A stretch of 63,623 nt of DNA, filler included, from a bacterium (GTDB lineage Bacteria; UBA9089; CG2-30-40-21; SBAY01), in assembly GCA_040757115.1 (NCBI GenBank). It is 5 parts of 5 records of this genome, joined end to end, with 100 filler letters (N's around TTAATTAATTAA, not from the genome) between each part and the next. Parts side by side here need not be neighbours in the genome. Positions count along the whole stretch, not along the records: positions 1 to 12,722 come from JBFLYA010000111.1; positions 12,823 to 25,501 come from JBFLYA010000112.1; 3 more parts are not named here. The stretch is one strand, 5' to 3'. This document shows, one piece after another, positions 8,397-19,286 of the stretch. Position 1 is the first letter of the stretch, and each line of letters begins with the position of its first letter. Below the pieces are notes generated by a model. That model made no database searches. It had not been told where the DNA came from and worked only from the letters and a program-made list of their open reading frames with translations. The translations under genes were made by a program, and so were the position numbers.

Positions 8397-10991
8397 ATGA
8401 GTGCAAAAGGATGTAAATTCACCTCCGGAGGTATTATTAGAGATAGGCGGTTAGAGGTTGAAATATACCCACACAAACCACGAATTGAAGCAATAGTTAT
8501 CTCTGATAATCCTCAAAATCCCCCATTAGCATTAAAAATCTGGACTTTAGATGATGAAGGAATTACTGAATTATGTACATGTGCGAAACCTTGTAAATAT
8601 AACGAAGCATTAATTAAACCAGCATTACCTCAACATATCGATGCACAAATGCATCAGGAAATATGTAGATTCAGAAATAACTTTGGTATTCGCAATGATA
8701 AGGTAACAATATCAATGGTAAATGTCCCTTCCCAACCTTTCTTATTTGATTCTCTCGATAATTTTAAACTTAATGGAGCCTGGAAAAATAAATCATTAAT
8801 ACACCAAATTCGTAAAAGGTTTGATGCTATACCTAAAGATGAGGATAATGAAGATGGAATTTTATTATATGAAGAGCTTATTAAGCGGGCTAAACAACAT
8901 ATAACAAAAAAACAATTTACTAAAGCAGAGTATGTCCTTAAAGAGGCAATACGGACTCTTCCTGAATCTCCCCAAGCATATTATGAATTAGGTAAACTAT
9001 ATAAAGTGCAAGAAAGATTAAAAGAGGCAGAAAAAACAGTTAATATTGCTCTATCTTATCTAAGGAAAATAAGTACCACCATAGATCAACCACTTTATAA
9101 CCTACCGTATAAACAAGCAGAAGAGGAACTTATTGCTATAAAAAATCTTAGGGAGAAGAAAAAACAACAAAAAGAGGATAATATATGGAGGCAAATAGAG
9201 AAAAAAGATATAGAGCAGCCCAAAAGCCAGTATCAGCCAAAGGTAATAGTTTCTATTCAATTTGATAATTCTAACCAACAGATACTTACTGCTATTGCTA
9301 ATGAGCAGTTTGATGGACCCAGATTTTTTAATCTTTTAGTTCATGCACAAAGAATATCACTATTTCAGAGCTTTGAACAACTACTTTGTCTTGACTCAGT
9401 AAATATTGAGCATTATCAGTATCAGATTGAGAGTGCCAGAAAAGTACTACGACGATTTGCTGGTAGAGCTATATTAGCAGATGAGGTAGGCTTAGGTAAA
9501 ACTATTGAGGCAGGTTTGGTTTTAAAGGAGTACTTCATTCGTGGATTAGTATCTAAAGTATTAATATTAACTGTGCCATCATTAGTATCTCAATGGCAGG
9601 AGGAGATGGAGACAAAATTTGACCTAAAATTTATCACTACTGATTCAGCAGAATTTGACACTAAGGATACTAATTTCTGGGCAAAGCATGATTTAATCAT
9701 TGCCTCACTTCATACCGCTAAGCGAGAAAACCATCGCCAGGCAATACATCAGCTTGAATATGACCTGTTGATTATTGATGAGGCTCATCACCTAAAATCT
9801 AAATCTACCATTAGTTGGCAATTTGTCAATGATATAAAGAAAAAATTTGTCCTGCTACTTACTGCTACACCTGTCCAGAACAATTTAGAAGAACTTTATA
9901 ATATGATTACTATTCTTAAACCAGGACAATTAAAGACATTAAGTACATTTAAGCGAAATTTTGTCACAAGAGGTAATCCTAAAAAACCCAAAAATAAACA
10001 AAGACTACGAGAACTACTTGCAGAGGTAATGATTCGTAATACACGTGCCCAGGCAGATATTAGGATACCGAAAAGACATGCCAAAACTATTAAAATACAA
10101 CTACAACAACCTGAAATGGATATATACCTCCGTGTATCAGATTTTATAAGAGGTGAATATTGCTCATTAAACCTAAATAATAACGCTTTAAATAAATTTC
10201 TACTTATGATGTTACAGCGTGAGATTGGCAGTAGTGTTATGGCAGTAATACCTACTTTAAAGAAGATGAGTGAAAATCCTAACCTTAATGATACACAGAG
10301 AAAGAGGTTTTCAAAACTCTATAAAGAGGCATATGAAGTAAATGAAAGTACTAAAATAAATGCCTTGAGATATATCTTTAACTCTATAAATGGAGAAAAA
10401 TGCATAATCTTTACTCAATTCTTAGAGACACAAAAACTTATTCATCAATACCTTCATCAGGAAGGAATACCTACATCTATTTTTAATGGTAGAATGTCTT
10501 CAACAGATAAAAACTTAAGTATAAAGGAATTTCAAGACGAAAATCAAGTACTTATCTCCACTGAGGCAGGTGGTGAGGGGAGGAATTTACAATTTTGCCA
10601 TATAATGCTAAACTATGACCTCCCATGGAATCCAATGCGGATAGAACAGCGTGTAGGTAGAATTTGTCGGGTAGGGCAGAAGAAAGAAACATATATCTTT
10701 AACCTATCAAGCGAGAATACTATCGAGTCCTATATCCTGGCTATACTTGATGAGAAAATAAATATGTTTGAATTAGTCCTGGGTGAGATGGATATGATTT
10801 TAGGTAATTTAGATGATGATAAAGATTTTGAAGAAACTGTTATGGATATATGGACTGGAGTTACTTCTAATGATGAGTTAGATAAAAAGATGCAAGAGTT
10901 TGGCAATTTACTACAATCTGCTAAACAAAGTTACTTGAGTACAAAGGAATTAGATGCGGCATTATTTGGTGAGGATTATGAAGTAGAATGA
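8397..10991 (+). CDS. SNF2/RapA-family helicase (YqhH-like) with N-terminal extension containing TPRs
   Basis: LADEVGLGKT, IIDEAHH, LTATPVQNN, STEAGGEGRNLQF, NYDLPWNPMRIEQRVGR; TPR-like segment around aa 160-225. Confidence 0.9.
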   Translation: MSAKGCKFTSGGIIRDRRLEVEIYPHKPRIEAIVISDNPQNPPLALKIWTLDDEGITELCTCAKPCKYNEALIKPALPQHIDAQMHQEICRFRNNFGIRNDKVTISMVNVPSQPFLFDSLDNFKLNGAWKNKSLIHQIRKRFDAIPKDEDNEDGILLYEELIKRAKQHITKKQFTKAEYVLKEAIRTLPESPQAYYELGKLYKVQERLKEAEKTVNIALSYLRKISTTIDQPLYNLPYKQAEEELIAIKNLREKKKQQKEDNIWRQIEKKDIEQPKSQYQPKVIVSIQFDNSNQQILTAIANEQFDGPRFFNLLVHAQRISLFQSFEQLLCLDSVNIEHYQYQIESARKVLRRFAGRAILADEVGLGKTIEAGLVLKEYFIRGLVSKVLILTVPSLVSQWQEEMETKFDLKFITTDSAEFDTKDTNFWAKHDLIIASLHTAKRENHRQAIHQLEYDLLIIDEAHHLKSKSTISWQFVNDIKKKFVLLLTATPVQNNLEELYNMITILKPGQLKTLSTFKRNFVTRGNPKKPKNKQRLRELLAEVMIRNTRAQADIRIPKRHAKTIKIQLQQPEMDIYLRVSDFIRGEYCSLNLNNNALNKFLLMMLQREIGSSVMAVIPTLKKMSENPNLNDTQRKRFSKLYKEAYEVNESTKINALRYIFNSINGEKCIIFTQFLETQKLIHQYLHQEGIPTSIFNGRMSSTDKNLSIKEFQDENQVLISTEAGGEGRNLQFCHIMLNYDLPWNPMRIEQRVGRICRVGQKKETYIFNLSSENTIESYILAILDEKINMFELVLGEMDMILGNLDDDKDFEETVMDIWTGVTSNDELDKKMQEFGNLLQSAKQSYLSTKELDAALFGEDYEVE

Positions 10992-11107
10992 AGGCACAGA
11001 TTATACAGATGAAGACAGCCAATTTACAGAAGTCAGATTTATAAGATATTACAGACACATTTGGGTAGTGTATAACAATAGCTATAGATTATGAGGGGGG
11101 TTAAAAA

Positions 11108-12169
11108 ATGCTGCCCTTTGGAAATGATGATTTAAGGGACTTTTGTCAACAAGCATTCTCTTCATTAGATGGATTGGTAGAATCTGAAAATGAGGATATG
11201 CTGGAGGTGGTACTAAGTGATGAATTAGCAACTAATTTTGACAATAGGTCTTATCTTAAGTTTATCTTTGACCGTAAACTATCAACTCAATTCCCAGATG
11301 CAGAGTTTATATCTTATGGACATCCGAATCTTGATATGCTTATCAATTTAGCATCACAAAAAGGCTTAGTAACAAGATGGTATATAAATGGACTAACAAC
11401 TACTACCGGATATCTATTTAAGAAAGTAGCTAACAAGGTAAAATTCTATGATTGTAAGACCAAATACTTATTGGACATACTTGAAAGATTTTCTTATTGC
11501 CTATTTAATTTCAAAATATCATATCTAACAGATGATAAAAAAGAAGAAATAAGAGCAGTTGTGGTAGATAGATTTTCATCCGCAGTAAATAATAAACTAC
11601 TTGATGTATTAAATACACTATCTCTTGAGACAGAATGTAAATTTAGGGGTATGTCTGAGGGTGAAATAAGACCATTACAAGAGGTCTATCAAGCTGCCTG
11701 TGACTATATTAAGAATGATATAGCTTCTACTATTGAGGAGACGAAAAAGGATATTTTAAAAAGGCTATCGAAAGAGATAATACGTGTAGAGAATTATTAT
11801 TTAGAAAATGAAGAAGAGATTAACCAGAAATTAAATAAAGAGGGTTTAAGTAATGAAAGACGCCAAAGACTAAAACAAAAACTTAAAATTAATGAACTTG
11901 AAAAGCAAAGGAAGATTTTAGACTTAGAGGAGAAATACAAACTTAAGGTCAATATTAAATTACTCAATGTAGCATTAATCTATCAACCTAAGATTAAATG
12001 TAAATTAGAGATAATTGGTAAAGGTAATAGATTTTATTTCAATGTCTTCTGGAATCCTATCTTTAAGGATATAGAGCTACCTTTTTGTATGAAGTGTAAA
12101 TCTGGTTCGTATGATATGTGGTTTGATACAGACTTTGGGCTTATATGCCCTAACTGTAAGACAAGGTAG
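11108..12169 (+). CDS. SNF2 partner protein (YqhG-like) with coiled coil and C-terminal Zn ribbon
   Basis: ISYGHP..LD motif, long coiled coil, CMKC...CPNC; directly downstream of the helicase. Confidence 0.6.
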   Translation: MLPFGNDDLRDFCQQAFSSLDGLVESENEDMLEVVLSDELATNFDNRSYLKFIFDRKLSTQFPDAEFISYGHPNLDMLINLASQKGLVTRWYINGLTTTTGYLFKKVANKVKFYDCKTKYLLDILERFSYCLFNFKISYLTDDKKEEIRAVVVDRFSSAVNNKLLDVLNTLSLETECKFRGMSEGEIRPLQEVYQAACDYIKNDIASTIEETKKDILKRLSKEIIRVENYYLENEEEINQKLNKEGLSNERRQRLKQKLKINELEKQRKILDLEEKYKLKVNIKLLNVALIYQPKIKCKLEIIGKGNRFYFNVFWNPIFKDIELPFCMKCKSGSYDMWFDTDFGLICPNCKTR

Positions 12170-12226
12170 GGCAACTTGTTATTCATGAATCAGATTTTAT
12201 CTCTTCCATCATTATAATAATTAACA

Positions 12227-12722
12227 GTAACTATTCAGCCACTGATTAACACGGATTAGCACGGATAAATACAGAGGTCAGGTACGTGTTTAGTGTCTTC
12301 CAAATTGTGTTGATTTGAGACGTAACCCTTTGTTAAACAATAGGATACCGGTGCGAAATATTCCACAAGGAGTTTAATGCAAATATCAAAATGTAAAAAT
12401 CAAAAGGACAAAGCAAAATGCAAAAATATACCCAAATAAATTGAGTTTGCAAATATTTTGCTCTAAAAAGGGAGCAAGGATTCGAGGGGTCAAGGATTCA
12501 AGGGAGGTGAAAAATAAGGTGTTCACTCGCCCCCTGGATCCCTTGACCCCTTGAATCCTTTCAAGAAAGTTTTTGCAAACTTGTTTTCTTTGAGTATACT
12601 TGTAAGGCAATAAAAAAAATCAAATATTAAATATTAAAAATCAAAAATAAGAATAAAAGAATTCCTTAATTTTGATATTTGCTCTTTGATTTTTGATATG
12701 ATATTTGATATGTCATTTTGCA
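12227..12722. repeat. Stack of nested repeat elements at the contig end
   Basis: Family-A end with ACGGATT 9-mers, GTACGTGTTTAGTGT end at 12282, TATACCCAAA..TTTGAGTATA element with AAGGATTC hairpin, AAATATC heptamers. Confidence 0.6.
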
Positions 12723-12822
12723 NNNNNNNNNNNNNNNNNNNNNNNNNNNNNNNNNNNNNNNNNNNNTTAATTAATTAANNNNNNNNNNNNNNNNNNNNNN
12801 NNNNNNNNNNNNNNNNNNNNNN
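12723..12822. other. Artificial contig linker
   Basis: N-run with TTAATTAATTAA (stops in all six frames); identical linkers at 25502, 38281 and 50996. Confidence 0.97.
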
Positions 12823-12954
12823 CAATTAATACTATCAGCCTGCTTAAAAAACATAAAAAACCTCCACTTAAAACTTCTTTTCTTTCGTAATCTCTCTCTC
12901 TCTTATACTTACAACTCTTATTTTGTTTTAACATTTTAACCAACCTCCTTTTTG

Positions 12955-13675
12955 TAATTGTTCAGCCACAAAGATACCACGACACAAAGATTAAAGGTAA
13001 CCGTTCAGGTAGTGTCCATAAGGAAAAAGGGGAAACACGGAAAAAATGGGAAAGGAAGAAAAGAAGTTAAAAAGATGAGATTGTGAGAAGCAAAACATCC
13101 ATCTTAACCTCTCACCCTGACCTGTCGCCAGGACAGACTTATCAACCTCTTAATTTCTTCCCTTCTTAGATTTACCCTTTTTCCCTGGTTTTTCCATTTT
13201 TCCTTTATTACAACCTGAACACTTACTATATATTTAACTGGAGTTTCGTGAATTTATTCATCATGGTTTAACCATAACCTTGCAATATAAATTCCAAATT
13301 TCAAATAACAAATTCCAAATAAATTCCAAACACCAAATTCCAAAACCTATTGCTTTGTCAATTTTGTTAAAGGGAGTTGAATATTTTACTCAATAATGTC
13401 AGATTTAGGTTTTTCAATAATTGAAGGACACACTCCTAACCCCTCTCAAGAGGGAAATATAACTCTTCTTTAATTCTATTGCCTCATTGAAAAGCACTTC
13501 TTCTTCTTTTGTTTGGAATTTTGATTTTTGGTCATTGGAATTTATTTGTGATTTGGAATTTTGTAATTCACTCACTATTTTTTGCAACTCATGGTTTAGC
13601 CATAACCTTGCAATAATTCCTCTTCCTGGTGTTCTCAGGGGATTTCAATCTTCTAAAAATCACGAAACTATAGTT
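12955..13675. repeat. Cluster of nested MITEs and hairpins
   Basis: Family-A element at 12997-13226. A 27-bp direct repeat TCATGGTTTARCCATAACCTTGCAATA (13261, 13588) brackets an AAATTCC heptamer hairpin. Confidence 0.6.
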
Positions 13676-13851
13676 TAATATAGCATATATTTTAACAAAA
13701 GTCAAGTATTTTTTCGATTTTTGTCAGAAAGAACAGTTACATATATAGCACTTATTCGACCTGTGAAATAGGTCGACCTGGGAAAACAAAATTATACTCC
13801 ACTGCCTGGTGTAAGAAAAGGAGATAGGGAGATTAAGGAGATAAGGGGATA

Positions 13852-14089
13852 TTATTCTAATTCCACTCTTCTAAAATCTGCCTTTTCTTTAGCAAAGTTT
13901 ACAAGAATAGCCACCTTTACACCTGTAGCTTTTAAATATGAGCGAACCTGAGCATAATGAGCTTTGCTTAATTCCTCCACCGTTTTTAGTTCTACTATTA
14001 CCTTGCTTTCTACAAGAATATCCAATCTGTGTTTCCCAACTTCTTCTCCTTCGTAGTAGATTAGTATTTCTTTCTCTGTCTCAACTCTC
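13852..14089 (-). pseudogene. C-terminal half of a GxxExxY-family protein
   Basis: Reads VETEKEILIYYEGEEVGKHRLDILVESKVIVELKTVEELSKAHYAQVRSYLKATGVKVAILVNFAKEKADFRRVELE*. The 5' part is replaced by a GGTGGTGTCT element end at 14090. Confidence 0.8.
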
Positions 14090-14345
14090 GGTGGTGTCTT
14101 AATCTAGCATAAAGGTTGAAAGAGTGTAAGAAAAGGAGATATGGGGATTATGGAGATAAGGAGATATTATTAAAAAAATTGAAATTAGTAGAAACTAATA
14201 GAAATTTATGGAAATTTGTTGTTTCCCACAATCAATTTCTACCTATTTCTATAAATTTCAATCTATTTCTATTATCTTATCTCCATATCTTCCTTATCTC
14301 CTTATCCCCTTTCTTACACTTTTGATATATAGCCTGAATGGTTAC
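14090..14345. mobile_element. Composite of a family-C left end, a GGAGATAAG 9-mer hairpin element and a family-A right end
   Basis: GTGTAAGAAAAGGAGAT...CTTTCTTACAC inverted arms; reverse-complement copy at 25602-25708. Confidence 0.6.
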
Positions 14346-14440
14346 CCTTTTCTTTATATTTTACTTTTGGAACTATTGGGGGCAGACCGTGAATGTTGAA
14401 TGTAGAAGAAACTGCTTTCTACATTCAAGGTCTGATCCTA

Positions 14441-14620
14441 ATCTACCCCCGCCACCACCAAAAGAATAATAGAAGATTTGTGCAACTACCTTACCATCTT
14501 TGTCCGTAATCACCCTTGTTGAACCTAAGTGGTCATTATGGTAGTAATATGGTTTTGCTGGACTGCCAAACGGGTTTTCTTCCAAGTTAACACCTAACTC
14601 GCCATTGTCATAGACATACT
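14441..14620 (-). pseudogene. Short Rhs core fragment bounded by REP-like motifs
   Basis: YVYDNGEL..LEENPFGSPAKPYYYHNDHLGSTRVITDKDG, a paralog of the segment at 17820-17985. Confidence 0.75.
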
Positions 14621-14933
14621 AATTAAGCAAATTTTGTTTTCAAGGTCTGGCCCCAACCTGGCTTTCCAGAGAAAAGGCTAAAGTTTTCTGAAAATTTTGC
14701 CGATTAATTAAATGTGATTCTTTCATCGAGGATACCTCCCAGTTTAAAAAAATTTATCTTTCTATTAGGTATCCTCGGCATTTTTCTTAAAATTCTTTAA
14801 TTTTTTCTAATTGACCCCAAACCTATTTTTCTATCTGCTATCTCTAACTACTTGTTATCCAAAGAGATAGCTCATACCTAAAATTATACCTATTGTCAAC
14901 ACTCACTCAAGATCTGACCCTAACTCCCTTTGC

Positions 14934-16493
14934 CTAACTCCCTTTGGGCCTGACCCCAATCTTCCCCCCTGATAACTTTTTCGCTACAATAATAACTATC
15001 TTTCCTGCATCAGCACTTTTAGATATAGAATTTATAGCTTCGATATAACAAATATAGACACCTATAGGAACAACTCTATTTTCTCTATCTTTACCATCCC
15101 ATGTAACTTTATTCTTTCCATATAATAAGTTTTCACGATCAATCAATGTTTTAATCTCTCGACCTCTTATGTCATAAATTATAACGTTTACTGAAGACTC
15201 AACGGCTAAAACAAATGAGATTTCTGTTATTTCTCTAATAGGTTCAAATGGGCTTTTAGAGACTTCAATTTTTGAAATATTTGCTCTCACAGGAATTTCT
15301 CTATTATCTTTACCCATAGTAGGTGTAGGGTCTACTTGCCAATCATTTTTACTATTCGTATCTACAGTATTTATCCGAGCTATTGATTCTTTATCATTAA
15401 CAGAACTAGTATTTACACAATCTGATTCCTCTGCTTTTTCTCCTGCAATAATCCATTGATTTGCTTTAACAAGTACATCTACTTTCTCGCCCTTACTCCA
15501 GTTATCATCATAATTAGCCCAACATATTGCATCTTCAATATTACCCACAGCATCATAAAATACTACTTGTGAATCTGTAGATACCAGTGCAGTACTATGA
15601 GCAAATAAATCAATGATACCATCTAAGTCAGAATTTTTCTCGTCCCTGGAAGGGTCGCCTTTATGGAGCACAAGATACTCACCTGTTTTTATAATCGTCA
15701 TAGGAGAAATAGTTTTTATTATTGTACAACCATCTCTTTCTAAATAGCAATCACCAATATCAATTCCTTTTCCTCCATTCCCGTCATCTTTGCAATAAAG
15801 TTCTATCCAATCTTCACTATCGTCTTCTTTAAAACCTACTTCATTTATTATTATACAAGTAGATGGGGGGAGTGTAGATAAATTGGGTGCTCCTGGGGTA
15901 GAATTTTTGAAGATAGACCAATTAGTCACCTCGTTTGTATCAATTCCATTAGGACTTAATCCAAAGGAATCATCTTCTTTGAGGCTAAAGGTATCAATAT
16001 AGGTATCATTTGTCCATATCTCTGCCTGGACCGCAATATCATCATCTGAATTAGGTATAGTATACATATTATCACTACAATAGGTTACAAAGTCTATGAT
16101 AGTTGATGCGTCATGAATAGAACTTCTATACAAGGATACTTGGTCTTCGGTATTAGTCCATTTATCAGCTACGCCAGTATATAAATCTGTTGTAGTGTTG
16201 TCCGCGGGAGTATTTTTAGAATTATAATGTACTACTACATATCTTCCTGGTTTTAATACAAAATTTGGAAATGTATACCAATTACCATCTTCATCCCCAA
16301 GTTCCCACCAGGTCATATCTATTTCATCTGCTCCAGTATTATAAAATTCTATCCACTCATCCCCTTTACTATCTGCTCCTTTAGGATCATACATGACCTC
16401 ATTTATTACTATACGAGCACTTACTATTTTTACTCCTGATAGAGAAAGTAAGCATACCAGTGATATAAGAATATTATTTAGATATTTTTTCAT
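14934..16493 (-). CDS. Secreted protein with two lamin-tail domains and a FlgD-Ig-like C-terminus
   Basis: Signal peptide; IVINEV..EWIEFYN and IIINEV..DWIELY; C-terminal IYDIRGREIKTL...WDGKD...GVY. Confidence 0.8.
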   Translation of the reverse strand: MKKYLNNILISLVCLLSLSGVKIVSARIVINEVMYDPKGADSKGDEWIEFYNTGADEIDMTWWELGDEDGNWYTFPNFVLKPGRYVVVHYNSKNTPADNTTTDLYTGVADKWTNTEDQVSLYRSSIHDASTIIDFVTYCSDNMYTIPNSDDDIAVQAEIWTNDTYIDTFSLKEDDSFGLSPNGIDTNEVTNWSIFKNSTPGAPNLSTLPPSTCIIINEVGFKEDDSEDWIELYCKDDGNGGKGIDIGDCYLERDGCTIIKTISPMTIIKTGEYLVLHKGDPSRDEKNSDLDGIIDLFAHSTALVSTDSQVVFYDAVGNIEDAICWANYDDNWSKGEKVDVLVKANQWIIAGEKAEESDCVNTSSVNDKESIARINTVDTNSKNDWQVDPTPTMGKDNREIPVRANISKIEVSKSPFEPIREITEISFVLAVESSVNVIIYDIRGREIKTLIDRENLLYGKNKVTWDGKDRENRVVPIGVYICYIEAINSISKSADAGKIVIIVAKKLSGGKIGVRPKGS

Positions 16494-16550
16494 GTTTATG
16501 TGAATGGATATATTTTATTTTTTTTACTCTGTATTTTTTGTCTATCAATC

Positions 16551-16997
16551 TTAACATCTCTCAATCCTGAAGATAATATCATCAAAGTTATCATCTGGAT
16601 GAGCATCGTTACATTTGTATCTACGGCCATTTGGGAGCTCTTCTACTATCATTGCAGCCCCATTTAACCAGGAATGAATTACCCCATCTCCTGTACTCCA
16701 AACATTTACAACTTCTAATTCCCCGTTTTTACTTTTGCATATAATCTCAACCTCTTTTGGTGCCGTATTTTCCCATAAACCAATACTTTCTTTAAATAAT
16801 TTTCCGTTAACTTCAATTCCCTTATCTGTTTTTAAACTTATTCCCTGACACCATTCAGAATTAGTTGATTCAAAAACCACCTTTAATTTTTGACTTTTAT
16901 TTTCAAGCGGAAATTTATCCCACCTTCTAAGAATTTTTCCCTTATATTCTATAGGATGCCCTTTTGATTTCCTAAATTCATCTTCAAATACTACCAT
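16551..16997 (-). CDS. Putative immunity protein for the upstream HNH-type Rhs toxin
   Basis: Directly follows the toxin with a GGAGGTG RBS; ends RRYKCND...FDDIIFRIE. Confidence 0.65.
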   Translation of the reverse strand: MVVFEDEFRKSKGHPIEYKGKILRRWDKFPLENKSQKLKVVFESTNSEWCQGISLKTDKGIEVNGKLFKESIGLWENTAPKEVEIICKSKNGELEVVNVWSTGDGVIHSWLNGAAMIVEELPNGRRYKCNDAHPDDNFDDIIFRIERC

Positions 16998-17010
16998 TTA
17001 GTCTCACCTC

Positions 17011-18261
17011 CTAATATCCTGTATATCTGAATGGATCAACTTTGGCATGTTCAATAGGCCATACGAGTTCTAAATTCCATAGATTATGAGGATCAACAAT
17101 ATCTCTCCCTTTAATATGATGTAACTCCAGAGATTCCAATTTCCCTATATTATTAATTCGGTGTGGAGGAAGACCTTTTTTCATTCTTTCAACATTCTCA
17201 ACACCCCATTTCTTTAGACTATCAGGTTTTAATGCCTCATTCTTCCAGACTCTTGCCCTTACCGCACTCCAGCTTGGGTATTTACCAGCCCTGGTTAGTT
17301 TATTAACAGGGTCACCAAGTTTCCAACCTTTCACTCCTAATCGAATAGCCTCATCGCCAGGTAATATTGAGAATGCTGCCATACTAACAGCCAGCGTTGT
17401 TTCTCCTAATCCTACTTCTGGACTTCCTAATGCTTTTGAGGCCGTGGGGATACCAGTAGAAATATCCAGCATCTTCTCAAACATTGGTTCGGTAAATCCT
17501 TCAAACATCAATCTGGTTTCAGAAGTAAATATCCTATCAGCCAAATCATCACCAATCCAGAATCTTATAAAACCTTCAAACCATCCACTCCACCAATCTG
17601 AGACTATATTATTTCTCATCCCTGTAGGATCAATGTACTTGAAAGGGTTATTGTAACAGTAGACATATTTATTGAGATCTTCTGGTTTAAAACTATTCTC
17701 AACTGGATCAGGCTGGATAAATCTGCCCAGTGCTGGGTTGTAGTAGCGGGCGCCAAAGTAAAATAAGCCTGTTTCATCCAACTCCTTACCTGTAAATGTT
17801 GGTCCCCCTGTAGGTCCGCCACCACCAAAGGGATAATAGAAATACTGCTCGACTACCTTGTCATCTTTATCAGTAATAGCCCTTGCTGAACCTAAGTGGT
17901 CATTATGGTAGTAATAGGGTTTTGCTGGACTGCCAAGCGGGTTTTCCTCTAGCTTAACCCATAACTGCCCATTACCATAGACATACGAGGTCTTACTGGT
18001 AATAGTTACCTTCTCTGCCGGTGGTGATTCTAACTTCTGGACTACCCGCACTATCTCGTATGCCTTGCCATTGGCAAGTGATGTCTGACTAATTCCTATT
18101 CCCTCTTTTCCTCGCTCATCTTCTATCCCTGCCTTTACATAAGAATCTACATGTTGTAGCTCTTTATACTGAAATATAATCAAACCGTCCACATTCAGTA
18201 TTACCTGAAATGTCTCTTTTTTATCACCTGGCGAGTACAATGGTACATCTTCCCAACTCAT
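17011..18261 (-). CDS. Orphan Rhs module with a predicted HNH/EndoVII-fold nuclease C-terminus
   Basis: Rhs core (DHLGS..FTGKELD..ARYYNP..GRF..DPTGM); C-terminal PSWSAVRARVWKNEA..NVERMKKG..ELHH..NL..WP.EH..DPFR. Confidence 0.8.
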   Translation of the reverse strand: MSWEDVPLYSPGDKKETFQVILNVDGLIIFQYKELQHVDSYVKAGIEDERGKEGIGISQTSLANGKAYEIVRVVQKLESPPAEKVTITSKTSYVYGNGQLWVKLEENPLGSPAKPYYYHNDHLGSARAITDKDDKVVEQYFYYPFGGGGPTGGPTFTGKELDETGLFYFGARYYNPALGRFIQPDPVENSFKPEDLNKYVYCYNNPFKYIDPTGMRNNIVSDWWSGWFEGFIRFWIGDDLADRIFTSETRLMFEGFTEPMFEKMLDISTGIPTASKALGSPEVGLGETTLAVSMAAFSILPGDEAIRLGVKGWKLGDPVNKLTRAGKYPSWSAVRARVWKNEALKPDSLKKWGVENVERMKKGLPPHRINNIGKLESLELHHIKGRDIVDPHNLWNLELVWPIEHAKVDPFRYTGY

Positions 18262-18357
18262 TACCCATTTATCACCTAAATCCTTATATGTAATCTTACC
18301 ACCATCTCCTGGATTCAGGTCTCTAAAAAATGGTGCTATCTCTATTATCAGGGATGC

Positions 18358-18890
18358 TTAATTTTCAAAGAACAATTCGACCCTATCCTCCCTACTATCC
18401 TCCCTAGGAGATGAAGAATCTATAGTATCCTCAAGAATATCCTCAAATGGCACAGGCAATGTCTGTAACACTACTGGTTCTAATATTGGGTCTTTGGTAA
18501 TAAACCTACCAACATCTGCATCCATATACCTCGCCCGATAGAAATATAAGCCTGATTCAGTATCAAATTCTCTCGAAGTAAAGAGGTATGGATTAGGTAT
18601 ATCACCTATCTTATCTCTAAGAGCACCAAAAGCATCGTAACTATAACTCGCTATAGACTCACCATCTGGATTTGTTAAGTGAACTATACTTCCCAAACTA
18701 TCTGCATGATAATAGTAACTTTCGCCATCCCTTGTCATACTAATCAAATCATCAATCCCGGGACCATGGACATAGCTGACTACTACATTCCCCTCTTCTA
18801 CCTCCGCCAGCACATCCTCTCCATCATAAATATATCCTGTCAAAGAACCAAAGACCGCCTTCCCAATTCGTCTGCCAAATGGGTCATAGG
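18358..18890 (-). pseudogene. Rhs core fragment lacking a toxin domain
   Basis: [35 protein letters not shown], cut after DSSSP by a GGGTCGAATT motif. Confidence 0.75.
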
Positions 18891-18908
18891 TGCCCCCCGA
18901 TTCCCCCT

Positions 18909-19286
18909 CTATATACACTCCCCGGATAAACACTCTTCTATCCTTCTGTCTATTTCAACGTCAGAAATGTCATTATAATCTAAGACTTTATCATAGCATC
19001 TTTTCAAAATTTCAGCATCCTTTTTATGCTCTAATATTTTACTTGCCACATACAGAGAAAGATATTCCCAAGAATCTTTTTGTGGAAAATTATTTGTGTA
19101 ATCTAAATGTACAAAGTATTCTGTAATATCACCAAATATTTCTTCAAAAAACTCTTCGGTAATATTTTTAGGCCATACCTTTTCAAGCTCTTGAATATTT
19201 TTAATTTTCCCTAGTAAAACATCTTGGCAAATATCTTTTATTTTACATCTTATGCTATCTTGTTTATCCATAACTACCTCTCCCAT
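18909..19286 (-). CDS. Putative immunity protein
   Basis: Small helical protein immediately downstream of an Rhs toxin C-terminus (likely start MDKQ). Confidence 0.6.
   Translation of the reverse strand: MGEVVMDKQDSIRCKIKDICQDVLLGKIKNIQELEKVWPKNITEEFFEEIFGDITEYFVHLDYTNNFPQKDSWEYLSLYVASKILEHKKDAEILKRCYDKVLDYNDISDVEIDRRIEECLSGECI

Noticed and set aside
12227-14345. Dense short repeats as a possible CRISPR array
   Set aside because: No constant 23-47 bp repeat with unique spacers and no cas genes; these are 7-9-mer hairpin arms and MITE ends.
12386-14399. Short ORFs 12386-12610, 13487-13678, 14116-14325 and 14208-14399
   Set aside because: They lie within repeat elements and give low-complexity translations.
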